Shown: piece after piece, positions 9,526 through 19,306 of the stretch | Layout: each line of letters opens with the position of its first letter | Numbering within the stretch: the stretch's first letter is position 1 | Assembly: GCA_903917425.1 (NCBI GenBank) | Contig: CAIXAQ010000759.1 | Location: forward strand, 1 to 33,207 | DNA: 33,207 bases | Reading direction: 5' to 3' | Source: an uncultured Bacteroidales bacterium | GTDB lineage: Bacteria; Bacteroidota; Bacteroidia; Bacteroidales; UBA4417 | Notes under the pieces: model-generated | What the model saw: only the letters and a program-made list of their open reading frames with translations | Told to the model about the DNA's origin: nothing | The model's database searches: none | Translations under genes and position numbers: made by a program

Positions 9526-10653
9526 ATGCTTACACTTTTTAAAAATGCAACTATATACTCCCCGCACTTCCTTGGGAAAAAGGATGTATTGGTTGGTGGA
9601 AAAACTATCTTAGCCATTGCCGACCATATCGAACCGCCCTCAGGTGTTGAAACCAAATTGCTTGATTGTACGGGTCTTTGGCTTGTTCCTGGCCTGATTG
9701 ATTCGCATGTGCATATTACCGGTGGGGGTGGCGAAGGCGGTCCGGCCAGTCGTATGCCGGAACTTCAGATCAGCATGATGACGGAGGCCGGCGTAACCAC
9801 GGTTGTCGGATGCCTTGGCACCGATGGCATTACCCGTAGCGTAGAAAGTGTGCTGATGAAAGTGAAATCCATTCGTGCAAACGGGATGTCGGCATGGATG
9901 TACACCGGTGCATACCAGGTTCCGCCACCAACCATTACCGGCGACATTATGCGCGATATTACCCTGATTGATGAGGTGATTGGCGTAGGAGAAATTGCCA
10001 TTTCCGATCATCGCTCATCAGTTCCGACCATCGCCGAGCTGTCAAAACTAACCGGACATGCACGCGTTGCCGGAATGATCGGTGGCAAAGCCGGAATTAT
10101 AAATATGCATATGGGTGATGCACGCGATCCGTTCAGGCCACTGCACGATATTGTGGCTAACAGCGAAATGGGTTACAAGCAGTTTATCCCGACACATTGC
10201 AACCGTAACGAATATATTTTTGAAGATGCCAAAGAATATGGCAAAAAAGGATACGTGGATATTACTACCAGTTCCTATCCTTATTATGCCGACGAAGAAA
10301 TTAAGCCATCCGTGGCTCTGAAACTGCTACTCGAAAGTGGCGTTCCAATCGGGCATATTACGTTTACTTCGGATGCATGCGGTTCACTGCCCGGATTTGA
10401 TCCGGAAACCGGCAAACTGGTGAAAATAGAAATGGGCCTTCCCGATTCCATTTTAAGGGAAATAAAAGAAGCCGTACTCGAAGATGCTGTCCCGCTTGAA
10501 ATAGCATTGCAGGTAGCAACGTCGAATCCGGCAGACATATTAAGACTTACCGGCAAAGGATATATTAAGGAAAATTTTGATGCTGATATTCTTATTTTGG
10601 ACACTGAGTTCAATATCAGGTATTTGATGGCGAATGGGAAGATGGTGAAGTAA
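9526..10653 (+). CDS. iadA: Isoaspartyl (beta-aspartyl) dipeptidase, amidohydrolase superfamily
   Basis: 375-aa ORF without a signal peptide. The signature GLIDSHVHITGGGGEGGPASRMPE matches E. coli IadA (IDQHVHLIGGGGEAGP) as I recall it. ISDHRSS is present and the C-terminal part is amidohydrolase-like. Confidence 0.85.
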   Translation: MLTLFKNATIYSPHFLGKKDVLVGGKTILAIADHIEPPSGVETKLLDCTGLWLVPGLIDSHVHITGGGGEGGPASRMPELQISMMTEAGVTTVVGCLGTDGITRSVESVLMKVKSIRANGMSAWMYTGAYQVPPPTITGDIMRDITLIDEVIGVGEIAISDHRSSVPTIAELSKLTGHARVAGMIGGKAGIINMHMGDARDPFRPLHDIVANSEMGYKQFIPTHCNRNEYIFEDAKEYGKKGYVDITTSSYPYYADEEIKPSVALKLLLESGVPIGHITFTSDACGSLPGFDPETGKLVKIEMGLPDSILREIKEAVLEDAVPLEIALQVATSNPADILRLTGKGYIKENFDADILILDTEFNIRYLMANGKMVK

Positions 10654-10710
10654 GCAATACCCGATACTGTTTTCAAAACTAAACCTGTAACCAAAAAAGC
10701 AATCCACACC

Positions 10711-12300
10711 CTATTTTCCCCACAGAAACTCCAAAAGGCAATCGTTCACCACCTTCAGCACTTCACCCATTTTGATCAAATCAGCGTTTGCCGGAATATC
10801 GCGGGGTGTATGATAGTCGTTATGTAAACCCGTGTTGCAGGTTATAACCGGGATGTTTTTAGCGGTAAACGAAGCATAATCGCTGCCCGAATGGCCGGTA
10901 ACATCCCACAAATCAAGTTGAAAAGGGCGGCCGAGTGTGGAATTGCTTTTCCGTGCTATTTGCCTGATGTATTCGTCGGGTTTACGGGTTCCGATACTGA
11001 GTTGCCTATGGGCGGTATCTTCGGCCACGCTTCGCGAAATCATATCCAGGTTTATATATAGCTTCACCTTTTCGGGAGTTGCAAGGGTGTTTGCAAAATA
11101 TTCGCTCCCGATCAGGCCCTTTTCTTCTGCTGTCCAGGAGGCGAAAGTGATGTTGCAGGGAGGAACAGCCTTGCTTTCTGTCCAGGTTTCAGCTAAAGCC
11201 AACATTCCAGCCACACCCGAAGCATTGTCGTCGGAGCCGTAATAAATATTATTTCCCCGTTTACCCAAATGATCGTAATGGGCCCCCACAACCACAGTTT
11301 GGTTTGTATCCCTGCCTGGCAGTGTCCCTACTACATTATGAACTTTCAGGGTGTCGGCAGCTACGTGCAATGTAATTGAAAAGTTATCTTTTGATTCAAA
11401 AGGTTGATAGGATGCAAGCTGTGCATAAGATTGCTCAATGCCTTTGAAATTAAGGTTTAATGCTTCCGAAAGTCGCCGGCTACCGGTTTCAGTAAGCTGA
11501 AAACAAGGGATAGCTAGCTTTGGCAAATCTGCAGGTATAAAATATTCCGCATCCTGGTATTCGGTATCATCAGGATTATCCGCTTTCGATGTTGCTGTAG
11601 TATCATTTTTCAGGTTCACATAATTTGCATTAATAATCATGATTGCAATCGCACCCTGTCTTTCAGCTTCCAGGCACTTATGGCCAAGATCGTAAACATC
11701 TTTTTCGGCAGAAGATTTGAATTTTCTCCAGGTTGCACTGAGGGTGTCTTGCTGTCCGGGATATCCATCGAACACAATCACCATTTTCCCTTTTACATTC
11801 ATATCCGAATAATCGTTGTATTGTAATTCAGGTGAATTGATTCCATACCCGGCAAATAAGGGCATTGATTCTAACGAAAAGCTTTGAAAAGCATTAATAA
11901 TCGTAAAATCCTTGTAAAGGACTAATTGTATTGGTTTGGATTTCTTTTTGCCACCTCGGTTTATAAAAACAGAAGCGTTGACAGGCGAAAATCTGAGTAG
12001 AATAAAGTCTTGAAAATAATCCGTCAATTTTGTATTCTGATTCTTATCATTAGCCTGGTATGGTCTCAGGTTCATTTTCTGCATCATGGAAGCAATATAA
12101 CTGGCTGCAATGCAGCTTCCCGGGGTACCGGTTTCGCGGCCTTCGAGCCCATCGGAAGCAAGAAACATCTGTATAGGTGCATAATCATTAACAACCGGAG
12201 GATTAACAACCTGCTGAGGGGTTTGGGCACATAAACCTGTATGAAGTGCCAACAGTGTAAAAGCTAAAATCTTCTTAGTCTGTTTTGAGTTGATCATCAT
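10711..12300 (-). CDS. Secreted M28-family aminopeptidase with PA (protease-associated) domain
   Basis: 529-aa ORF with signal/lipobox-like N-terminus MMINSKQTKKILAFTLLALHTGLCAQ. A PA-like insert is present (VKGKMVIVFDG). M28 metal-ligand blocks are GAHYDHLG, DDNASGVAGMLALAE, EEKGLIGS and NDYHTPRD. Confidence 0.85.
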   Translation of the reverse strand: MMINSKQTKKILAFTLLALHTGLCAQTPQQVVNPPVVNDYAPIQMFLASDGLEGRETGTPGSCIAASYIASMMQKMNLRPYQANDKNQNTKLTDYFQDFILLRFSPVNASVFINRGGKKKSKPIQLVLYKDFTIINAFQSFSLESMPLFAGYGINSPELQYNDYSDMNVKGKMVIVFDGYPGQQDTLSATWRKFKSSAEKDVYDLGHKCLEAERQGAIAIMIINANYVNLKNDTTATSKADNPDDTEYQDAEYFIPADLPKLAIPCFQLTETGSRRLSEALNLNFKGIEQSYAQLASYQPFESKDNFSITLHVAADTLKVHNVVGTLPGRDTNQTVVVGAHYDHLGKRGNNIYYGSDDNASGVAGMLALAETWTESKAVPPCNITFASWTAEEKGLIGSEYFANTLATPEKVKLYINLDMISRSVAEDTAHRQLSIGTRKPDEYIRQIARKSNSTLGRPFQLDLWDVTGHSGSDYASFTAKNIPVITCNTGLHNDYHTPRDIPANADLIKMGEVLKVVNDCLLEFLWGK

Positions 12301-12351
12301 GGTGTAAAAATAAAATTATTCAAGGCATTAATTTAGGAAATTACTTTTGTC

Positions 12352-12359
12352 CAAATATA
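12352..12359 (-). promoter_or_regulatory. Candidate -7 box (TAnnTTTG) for the M28 peptidase gene
   Basis: The minus strand reads TATATTTG, 52 nt upstream of the ATG at 12300. This is a motif match only. Confidence 0.3.
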
Positions 12360-12575
12360 CATATTGCTGACGAACGAAAAGTTATTTTATCGTGTTATGC
12401 CTGAAACAGAGGCTTGTGTCCCGGCTCCACATTTGCTGTTTATTGAAAAGAGCAACTTTTGCACATAATAATCCGTCGCTAAATTTTTTATATAGCCACC
12501 AATGGATGAACATTTTAAAAATATCGGACGAAATAAAAAAATATCTCACAAAAATGTTTATTGCTAAAAATGTAT

Positions 12576-12583
12576 TACTTTTG
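12576..12583 (+). promoter_or_regulatory. Candidate -7 box (TAnnTTTG) for the 81-aa ORF
   Basis: TACTTTTG lies 46 nt upstream of the ATG at 12629 in an AT-rich intergenic region. Confidence 0.35.
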
Positions 12584-12628
12584 CAACATTGCATTATTCT
12601 ATAGTCGTAACTGATAATACAAAATATT

Positions 12629-12874
12629 ATGAAAAAAAGATTTGGAATTTTTAACCTGCTCTTAGTTCTTGTCCTATTTGTAACCATAAATGCTGCTGGT
12701 ATTGCTCAAACACCTCCCCCTCCCCCTCCTGGTGGCGGTCATGGGATAGCCGGCAATACACCTCCGGGCTCATCAGCACCAATCGGAGAGGGAATGTTCC
12801 TGCTTATTGGTTTGGCTGGTATGTATGGCAGCAAAAAAGTATGTGACTACAGAAATGAAGTTAAGTCTGCATAA
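12629..12874 (+). CDS. Small secreted Pro/Gly-rich protein with a C-terminal hydrophobic helix and basic cluster
   Basis: 81-aa ORF. It has a Sec signal MKKRFGIFNLLLVLVLFVTINAAGIAQ, the linker TPPPPPPGGGHGIAGNTPPGSSAPIGEG, the hydrophobic stretch MFLLIGLAGMYG and then SKK. It has its own candidate promoter box and a downstream terminator. No homologue is recognised. Confidence 0.55.
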   Translation: MKKRFGIFNLLLVLVLFVTINAAGIAQTPPPPPPGGGHGIAGNTPPGSSAPIGEGMFLLIGLAGMYGSKKVCDYRNEVKSA

Positions 12875-12947
12875 CGTCTGATTTGAGACAAATGAATTGT
12901 GTTTAGTACTCACAATAATGGTTTTCTGGTTGTCTAGAGTAAAAATA

Positions 12948-12977
12948 AAAGTCCCTTCATTCCAAGGGGCTTTTTTT
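12948..12977 (+). terminator. Rho-independent terminator after the 81-aa ORF
   Basis: AAAGTCCCTT (12948-12957) pairs with AAGGGGCTTT (12964-12973), giving 10 bp with one G-U. The loop is CATTCC and TTTT follows. Confidence 0.6.
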
Positions 12978-13116
12978 ATGATCTTTTTCATCACAATTGT
13001 TGCCAACAAATGTATTTTCGTACAGCTTAGAATTTGAATCATATACTTCCTGGCAGCTATTCGAAGTAGCATCTTACTGAACCTTTATTAATTAGTTGAA
13101 AATCAAATCTTAACCC

Positions 13117-14301
13117 ATGAACCTTAGCGAAAAAACTGGTGAGTTTGCTCATTCGGTACAATTAAGTTTGACTGATAATACGTTTGTAAAATTATCCCTG
13201 GGGAATTATAAAGGTGCAGAAGAGAACCTGAAAACCTTACATATTAAACACATTTTAATTAAAAAGGAGGAGAAACTTAGTTTTACATATCGTTACAAAA
13301 CCCGCGATATCGTTAAGAACTATTCTCTTAACGAAGGTATAGTGAAAATACAGGATTACCTGAGCCACGAATTTCATGTGGCTACTCTATTTACTACAGG
13401 CTTTGATCTCAGCTTCGAAAACTTCGGGGGGAAAAAGTGTGTCATTAGGAAGAAAGCCCCGACGGTGTTAATAGCGCCTTCATCCGATCACGACCGAAGC
13501 AAAAACCGCTTGATTGGGAGTGCCGATAAGCCTTATCTCACCGAACTTAAAATTACGGATAGTAGCGGAAAAGTGCTTGTAAGTGCCCAGGATAAATACC
13601 GGCAGATTAATCATTATGTCGAAATTTTAAGCTCGCTGCTGAAAGAAATTCCGCCCATGCCATCCCTAAAAGTGGTTGATATGGGCTCAGGAAAAGGGTA
13701 CCTGACTTTTGCCTTGTACGATTATCTTACCAATATTCTGAAATTTAATGCCCAGGTAACGGGTGTTGAATTCCGGCAGGAACTGGTGGATTTATGCAAT
13801 ACAGTTGCGGGAAATACCGGCTTCGGGCAGCTCAGCTTTACGCAGGGAAACATTGAGCAATTCGACAGTACGGGCACCAACATCCTGATTGCTTTGCATG
13901 CCTGCGATACGGCAACCGACGATGCAATTTATAAAGGAATCACAGCCGGGGCTGATTTAATCGTGGTAGCACCCTGTTGCCACAAGCAAATAAGGCGTCA
14001 GCTTGAAGAAAAAAGAACCGGTAATGACCTGGATTTTCTTACCAAATACGGCATTTTCCTCGAAAGGCAGTCCGAAATGGTCACAGATGGAATCCGCGCC
14101 CTTGTTCTTGAATATTTTGGTTATAAAACCAAAGTTTTTGAGTTTATTTCTGATGCGCACACCCCGAAAAATGTAATGATCGTAGGCATTAAAAACCGAA
14201 AAGCAATAAATAAGGATGATCTGATATTGAGGAAGATACAAGACGCCAAAGCGTATTTCGGTATTGAATACCATCATCTGGAAAAATTAATGGGAATCTA
14301 A
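13117..14301 (+). CDS. SAM-dependent methyltransferase (Methyltransf_32-like) with an N-terminal extension of ~170 aa
   Basis: 394-aa ORF. Motif I is VVDMGSGKGYLTFALYDYL, followed by LIALHACDTATDDAI and VVAPCCHKQI, which is typical of the PF13679-type family as I recall it. Confidence 0.75.
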   Translation: MNLSEKTGEFAHSVQLSLTDNTFVKLSLGNYKGAEENLKTLHIKHILIKKEEKLSFTYRYKTRDIVKNYSLNEGIVKIQDYLSHEFHVATLFTTGFDLSFENFGGKKCVIRKKAPTVLIAPSSDHDRSKNRLIGSADKPYLTELKITDSSGKVLVSAQDKYRQINHYVEILSSLLKEIPPMPSLKVVDMGSGKGYLTFALYDYLTNILKFNAQVTGVEFRQELVDLCNTVAGNTGFGQLSFTQGNIEQFDSTGTNILIALHACDTATDDAIYKGITAGADLIVVAPCCHKQIRRQLEEKRTGNDLDFLTKYGIFLERQSEMVTDGIRALVLEYFGYKTKVFEFISDAHTPKNVMIVGIKNRKAINKDDLILRKIQDAKAYFGIEYHHLEKLMGI

Positions 14302-14653
14302 AAAAACATCCAATCAACGTTTGCTTGAAAAGCCAAATGCAGATAAGTATTGCTTTTATTTTGAAATGCCGGAATTCTAACATTCTGATTTTTGTTGTCA
14401 GTAATGAAACCGCTCAATAAAAGTGTTATTTCAAATATTTTAAAACGTAAAATATCCTGTAATTTTGACGCAAAACTTGTGAATTATTCTGGCAAAGCAA
14501 CTATATATGCATGATTATCAATATATTAGTATTGTCAGGTGCTTTATCTGTGTAAATCACCAACCTTTAAAATAAATAGCGAACATTAAGTGGCTAAATA
14601 GGCAGAAGTGAATTTTCCTAAACTCAGGAGTTAATCCTTAGTGTTTTTTTATT

Positions 14654-14661
14654 TACTTTTG
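14654..14661 (+). promoter_or_regulatory. Candidate -7 box (TAnnTTTG) for the SPT-SDR-UbiA-like unit
   Basis: TACTTTTG lies 35 nt upstream of the ATG at 14696, at the end of a 394-nt AT-rich intergenic region. Confidence 0.4.
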
Positions 14662-14677
14662 AAAAAAAAATGATTAA

Positions 14678-15913
<1,236 letters not shown>

Positions 15914-15932
15914 TTTTTTGTGCGAAAATAAT

Positions 15933-16748
15933 ATGGCAAAAATTGTATTGATAACAGGTATCTCATCGGGATTCGGAAAAGCTACGGCTGCGATTCTTGC
16001 CGGTAAAGGAAACATTGTTTACGGCATTAGCCGAAAGCAAATCACCGATTTGACAGCAGGTATCAAAGTACTTCAGGCCGATGTTACGGATGCTGTTTCG
16101 GTTCAGAAAGCGGTTGCCATTCTTCTTGAAAAGGAAGGGCGTATCGACGTGCTGATCAACAATGCCGGAATGGGCATTTCGGGTTCAATCGAAGATTCTT
16201 CACCCGCAGATATCAGCCTGCAAATGAACACCAATTTTAACGGTTATGTTAACATGATCCAGGCTGTTTTGCCTCCCATGCGTAAGCAAAACGAGGCAAC
16301 CATCGTTAATATCAGTTCAATCGGCGGTTTGATGGGATTGCCTTACCAGGGTTTTTATTCAGCGAGCAAATTTGCCGTTGAAGGCCTGAGCGAAGCTTTG
16401 AGGATGGAATTGATACCATATAATGTTAAGGTAATAGTGATTCAGCCGGGCGATTTTTTCACAAATTTCACAGCCAATCGCAAACCGGTACAGAAATCCG
16501 GTGCCGGAGGTGCTTACGAAAACCAGTTCCAGAAGTCACTCGCTATTATTGAGAAAGACGAAAAAGGCGGGTTATCGCCCGACTTTCTGGCAAAAAAGCT
16601 TTCCCGCATCCTTGAGCAAAAAAATCCTTGCCATCACTATATTATAGCAACACTCGAACAGAAATTTGCTGTTTTGCTCAAACGCATATTACCCGGTTCG
16701 TGGTTTTCGAAGATACTCTCGTCGCATTACGGGATAAAAGCTTCCTGA
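15933..16748 (+). CDS. Classical short-chain dehydrogenase/reductase (candidate 3-keto long-chain-base reductase)
   Basis: The ORF track starts at a TTG (15918). The ATG at 15933 (MAKIVLITGISSGFGKA) places the Rossmann TGxxxGxG motif at the N-terminus. NNAG and the catalytic YSASK (YxxxK) are present. Its start is 19 nt after the SPT-like stop. Confidence 0.85.
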   Translation: MAKIVLITGISSGFGKATAAILAGKGNIVYGISRKQITDLTAGIKVLQADVTDAVSVQKAVAILLEKEGRIDVLINNAGMGISGSIEDSSPADISLQMNTNFNGYVNMIQAVLPPMRKQNEATIVNISSIGGLMGLPYQGFYSASKFAVEGLSEALRMELIPYNVKVIVIQPGDFFTNFTANRKPVQKSGAGGAYENQFQKSLAIIEKDEKGGLSPDFLAKKLSRILEQKNPCHHYIIATLEQKFAVLLKRILPGSWFSKILSSHYGIKAS

Positions 16749-16791
16749 ATTTAAACATTATGAAAGCGGTTGCTCATTTCGGTGGTTTTAC

Positions 16792-17667
16792 ATGCAAACC
16801 AGGCAAATTCTCTTGAAAGTTTTCCGCTTTTTAATACATTCCAATATTTTCATTGCCTTTGCTGCCGTGAGCCTCGCGATGGCGACCCGGGTGCAATTTG
16901 GGCTGAGACCCCAGTTCGACATTAGTTTAGCTATCATTTTCTTCGCCACAATTTTTGATTATAATTTACACCGGTTTGTCGCAGTGTATAAAAATCAGGA
17001 GGCTAAACTGTCAGAAAAAAACAGATGGAGTATTGATCATCGGGGAATCCTGAAAATGCTATTAATGCTCTCAATTTCAGGGCTAATAGTAAGTTTGTTT
17101 TTCGCTCAAACCAGAATTTTATTTTCGCTGATCCCACTTGGATTACTCTCTTTCCTATATTCAATCCCGGCTCCCGGTATACGCGGAAACAGTCTGTTTT
17201 TTAGCCATATTCCGGGAATTAAAACCTTGCTTATCGCCTTAGTGTGGAGTGCTGCCACGGTTCTCTTACCTTTAATGTCAGGCGAAAATGTGTTCAGTCA
17301 GAACCAAATACTCCTAATTTTAGCTGAGCGTTTCACCTTCTTTTTTGCGATTGCCCTTCCCTTCGATATCCGCGATATAAAGTCCGATAGGGTTGCAGGA
17401 ATAAAAACCATTCCGATAGCATTGGGAGAAATTAAGGCTCTTCAGATTTCAAATTTAGTGTTGATTCTCTTCATGGCTATTGCTTCCATTCACTATTGGA
17501 ATAACCAAACGCCTCAAATAATAGTACTCTTTTTGGTTACCGGCACATTAACAATTTTTGTGATCAACAGCAAAAAACTGCAAAGCCTTCCTTTATACTA
17601 TCACGGCTTCCTGGATGGCTGCATTCTGTTGTTTGGAGTACTGTTGTGCCTGGGTTGCTTACTGTAA
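16792..17667 (+). CDS. UbiA-superfamily-like polytopic membrane protein
   Basis: 291-aa ORF, hydrophobic throughout with multiple predicted helices. An Asp-rich motif LPFDIRDIKSDRVAGIKTIP (DxxDxxxD) sits where UbiA enzymes carry their second motif. The position expected for the first NDxxDxxxD motif reads IFDYNLHRF. Its start is 43 nt after the SDR stop. Confidence 0.6.
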   Translation: MQTRQILLKVFRFLIHSNIFIAFAAVSLAMATRVQFGLRPQFDISLAIIFFATIFDYNLHRFVAVYKNQEAKLSEKNRWSIDHRGILKMLLMLSISGLIVSLFFAQTRILFSLIPLGLLSFLYSIPAPGIRGNSLFFSHIPGIKTLLIALVWSAATVLLPLMSGENVFSQNQILLILAERFTFFFAIALPFDIRDIKSDRVAGIKTIPIALGEIKALQISNLVLILFMAIASIHYWNNQTPQIIVLFLVTGTLTIFVINSKKLQSLPLYYHGFLDGCILLFGVLLCLGCLL

Positions 17668-17730
17668 TGAAAGTGGGCCTGTTTATAAAAAGAAGTTTAC
17701 TGCCATGAATTGTCTGGAATATGGCTTGTA

Positions 17731-17914
17731 GGAGTCGGAAGTCGGAAGACCGAAGTCAGAAGATAGGAGTCAGAAGACCGAAGTCTGCTAACACGATATT
17801 AGATGCTATCAACACGAAAAAGTCGAACAAAGTTGATTGTTGTACAATGTGCTTCGGGTAGTGGAAAAAATAGTTTTTAGGGGGACTTCCGACTTCGGTC
17901 TTCTAACTTCCGAC
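17731..17914. repeat. Intergenic element with three copies of a 17-nt motif GTYRGAAGACCGAAGTC (two direct, one inverted)
   Basis: The copies are 17741-17757 (gtcggaagaccgaagtc), 17769-17785 (gtcagaagaccgaagtc) and inverted at 17891-17907 (gacttcggtcttctaac). The wider arms 17734-17762 and 17885-17914 are about 26/29 complementary. The element lies between two convergent genes. Confidence 0.8.
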
Positions 17915-17972
17915 AAAACAATTTAACCAATAAATTATAAATAGTTGAGTCTCAGTTATCGAACAGCAATCA

Positions 17973-19073
17973 TCATCCGCCAATGGAAACACCTATCAAT
18001 TTGCCGATTCCAAAAGTAATGGCGGCGGCAGCCAGTCCGAAAATCACTTGTCTGAATCCGGAAAACCATACACTTTTACCTGTGAACAATGTAATTGCAG
18101 CACCGATCAGGAATAATCCCATGGCACTTAACACGGTACTAACAATAATGGCATTTGCACCCTGCATAAAGAAAAACGGAATAACCGGGATGATTGCACC
18201 CACTGCGAACAACAGGAAGGAGGTGACGGCAGCCTCGATAGCGGAACCTTGTAAATCCTCTGTATTGATACCTAACTCTTCTTTTACCAGTATTTTATGA
18301 GCCTGCTCTTTATCGGAGATTATTTCATGAGCCATTTCGTGAGCCTGCGTTTCGGGTATTCCTTTCGACATATAAATCAAGGCTAATTCCTTTTCTTCTC
18401 CTTCGGGATTGGCTTCCAGTTCATCCATTTCCAATTGCATTTGATTTTCAGAGAGTTCCTGCGAACTTTTCACCGAAATCCATTCTCCTAAAGCCATTGA
18501 CAAGGCCCCTGCAAGTAGCCCGGCAAGTCCGGCTAATAAAACCCCGGTTTGTCCGCTTGTAGCGCCGGCAATACCCATTACCAGGCTGAAATTGGAAACC
18601 AAGCCGTCGTTGCCTCCCAATACGGCTGCCCTCAGCGCATTTCCACCCACCGAACGGTGGCGTTTTTCGAACCTCGCCAGGTTCGAACCCGAAATATTGG
18701 GCTGCATATTTATTATATTCTTCAGGATGGAAACATGCGCCGTATCAGAAATGGAATCGGGCATATTGCTTTTTTTCCTTGCGCTTACTATAGATGACGA
18801 AATGCTCTTTTCGGTATCCAGCAAAACGCCCAGAATGTAGTTGTAACCCAGCACTTTGCCTATCAGTTTCAGTATTCTGGCTCGTGCCGAAGGCGAAGGC
18901 ATCACCGAAATATCCAAATTGCTTTTTTTTATGAAGGCAACTGCATGACTATGCTCTATTTCGCTCATCTGGCGGAAAACATTTGCTACATTCGGGTCTT
19001 CCTCGTTGTCGGACAGTACTTTATACAGATAACTGGCATCAATCTCGGTCTGAATACTTTTTAAATCAATCAT
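17973..19073 (-). CDS. mbfA: VIT1/CCC1-family iron exporter with N-terminal ferritin-like (erythrin) domain, MbfA-like
   Basis: 366-aa ORF. The N-terminus has a ferritin-like ExxH block (QMSEIEHSHAVAF). The C-terminal VIT1 signature is GGNDGLVSNFSLVMGIAGA, followed by several TM helices. Confidence 0.8.
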   Translation of the reverse strand: MIDLKSIQTEIDASYLYKVLSDNEEDPNVANVFRQMSEIEHSHAVAFIKKSNLDISVMPSPSARARILKLIGKVLGYNYILGVLLDTEKSISSSIVSARKKSNMPDSISDTAHVSILKNIINMQPNISGSNLARFEKRHRSVGGNALRAAVLGGNDGLVSNFSLVMGIAGATSGQTGVLLAGLAGLLAGALSMALGEWISVKSSQELSENQMQLEMDELEANPEGEEKELALIYMSKGIPETQAHEMAHEIISDKEQAHKILVKEELGINTEDLQGSAIEAAVTSFLLFAVGAIIPVIPFFFMQGANAIIVSTVLSAMGLFLIGAAITLFTGKSVWFSGFRQVIFGLAAAAITFGIGKLIGVSIGG

Positions 19074-19278
19074 AGTTTTGGAGCATATTAAAGGATAAAA
19101 TTACGGAGAAACATCCACAACGAAAACAAAATGACCGAAAACGACCAGATACTTGAAATCTTTATTTTTAGAGGTAATTTTCGGCGTGAACCTTGTTAAT
19201 CTTTTAGGATGATTTAGCCCTGTCAAAAGTCGTCATATTTACCTCTTCTTTCCCGATAGAATCAATCGCCGTATTCAC

Positions 19279-19286
19279 TATCTTTG
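19279..19286 (+). promoter_or_regulatory. Candidate -7 box (TAnnTTTG) for the LD-carboxypeptidase gene
   Basis: TATCTTTG lies 21 nt upstream of the ATG at 19307. Confidence 0.35.
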
Positions 19287-19306
19287 AGTTTTCTTAGGCT
19301 CATCCA

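Noticed and set aside
12382-13072. ORFs 12382-12687 (-), 12392-12604 (+) and 12773-13072 (-) in AT-rich DNA around the 81-aa gene
   Set aside because: Their translations are low-complexity and rich in Ile/Phe/Lys/Asn, as expected from AT-rich non-coding DNA. They overlap the promoter and terminator elements and the better-supported 81-aa ORF.
12629-14301. Possible RiPP-like pair: small Pro-rich peptide followed by a SAM methyltransferase
   Set aside because: The peptide carries a classical Sec signal peptide rather than a leader. A good intrinsic terminator (12948-12977) and 140 nt separate it from the methyltransferase. No cyclase, protease or transporter typical of RiPP clusters is present.
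15918-15932. TTG start proposed by the ORF track for the SDR (MCENN...)
   Set aside because: The ATG at 15933 places the TGxxxGxG dinucleotide-binding motif at the usual distance from the N-terminus. The upstream TTG extension adds five residues with no support.
18668-18700. GGTTCGAACCC, resembling a tRNA T-arm
   Set aside because: It lies inside the mbfA-like coding frame, and no acceptor stem, D-arm or anticodon arm can be built around it.
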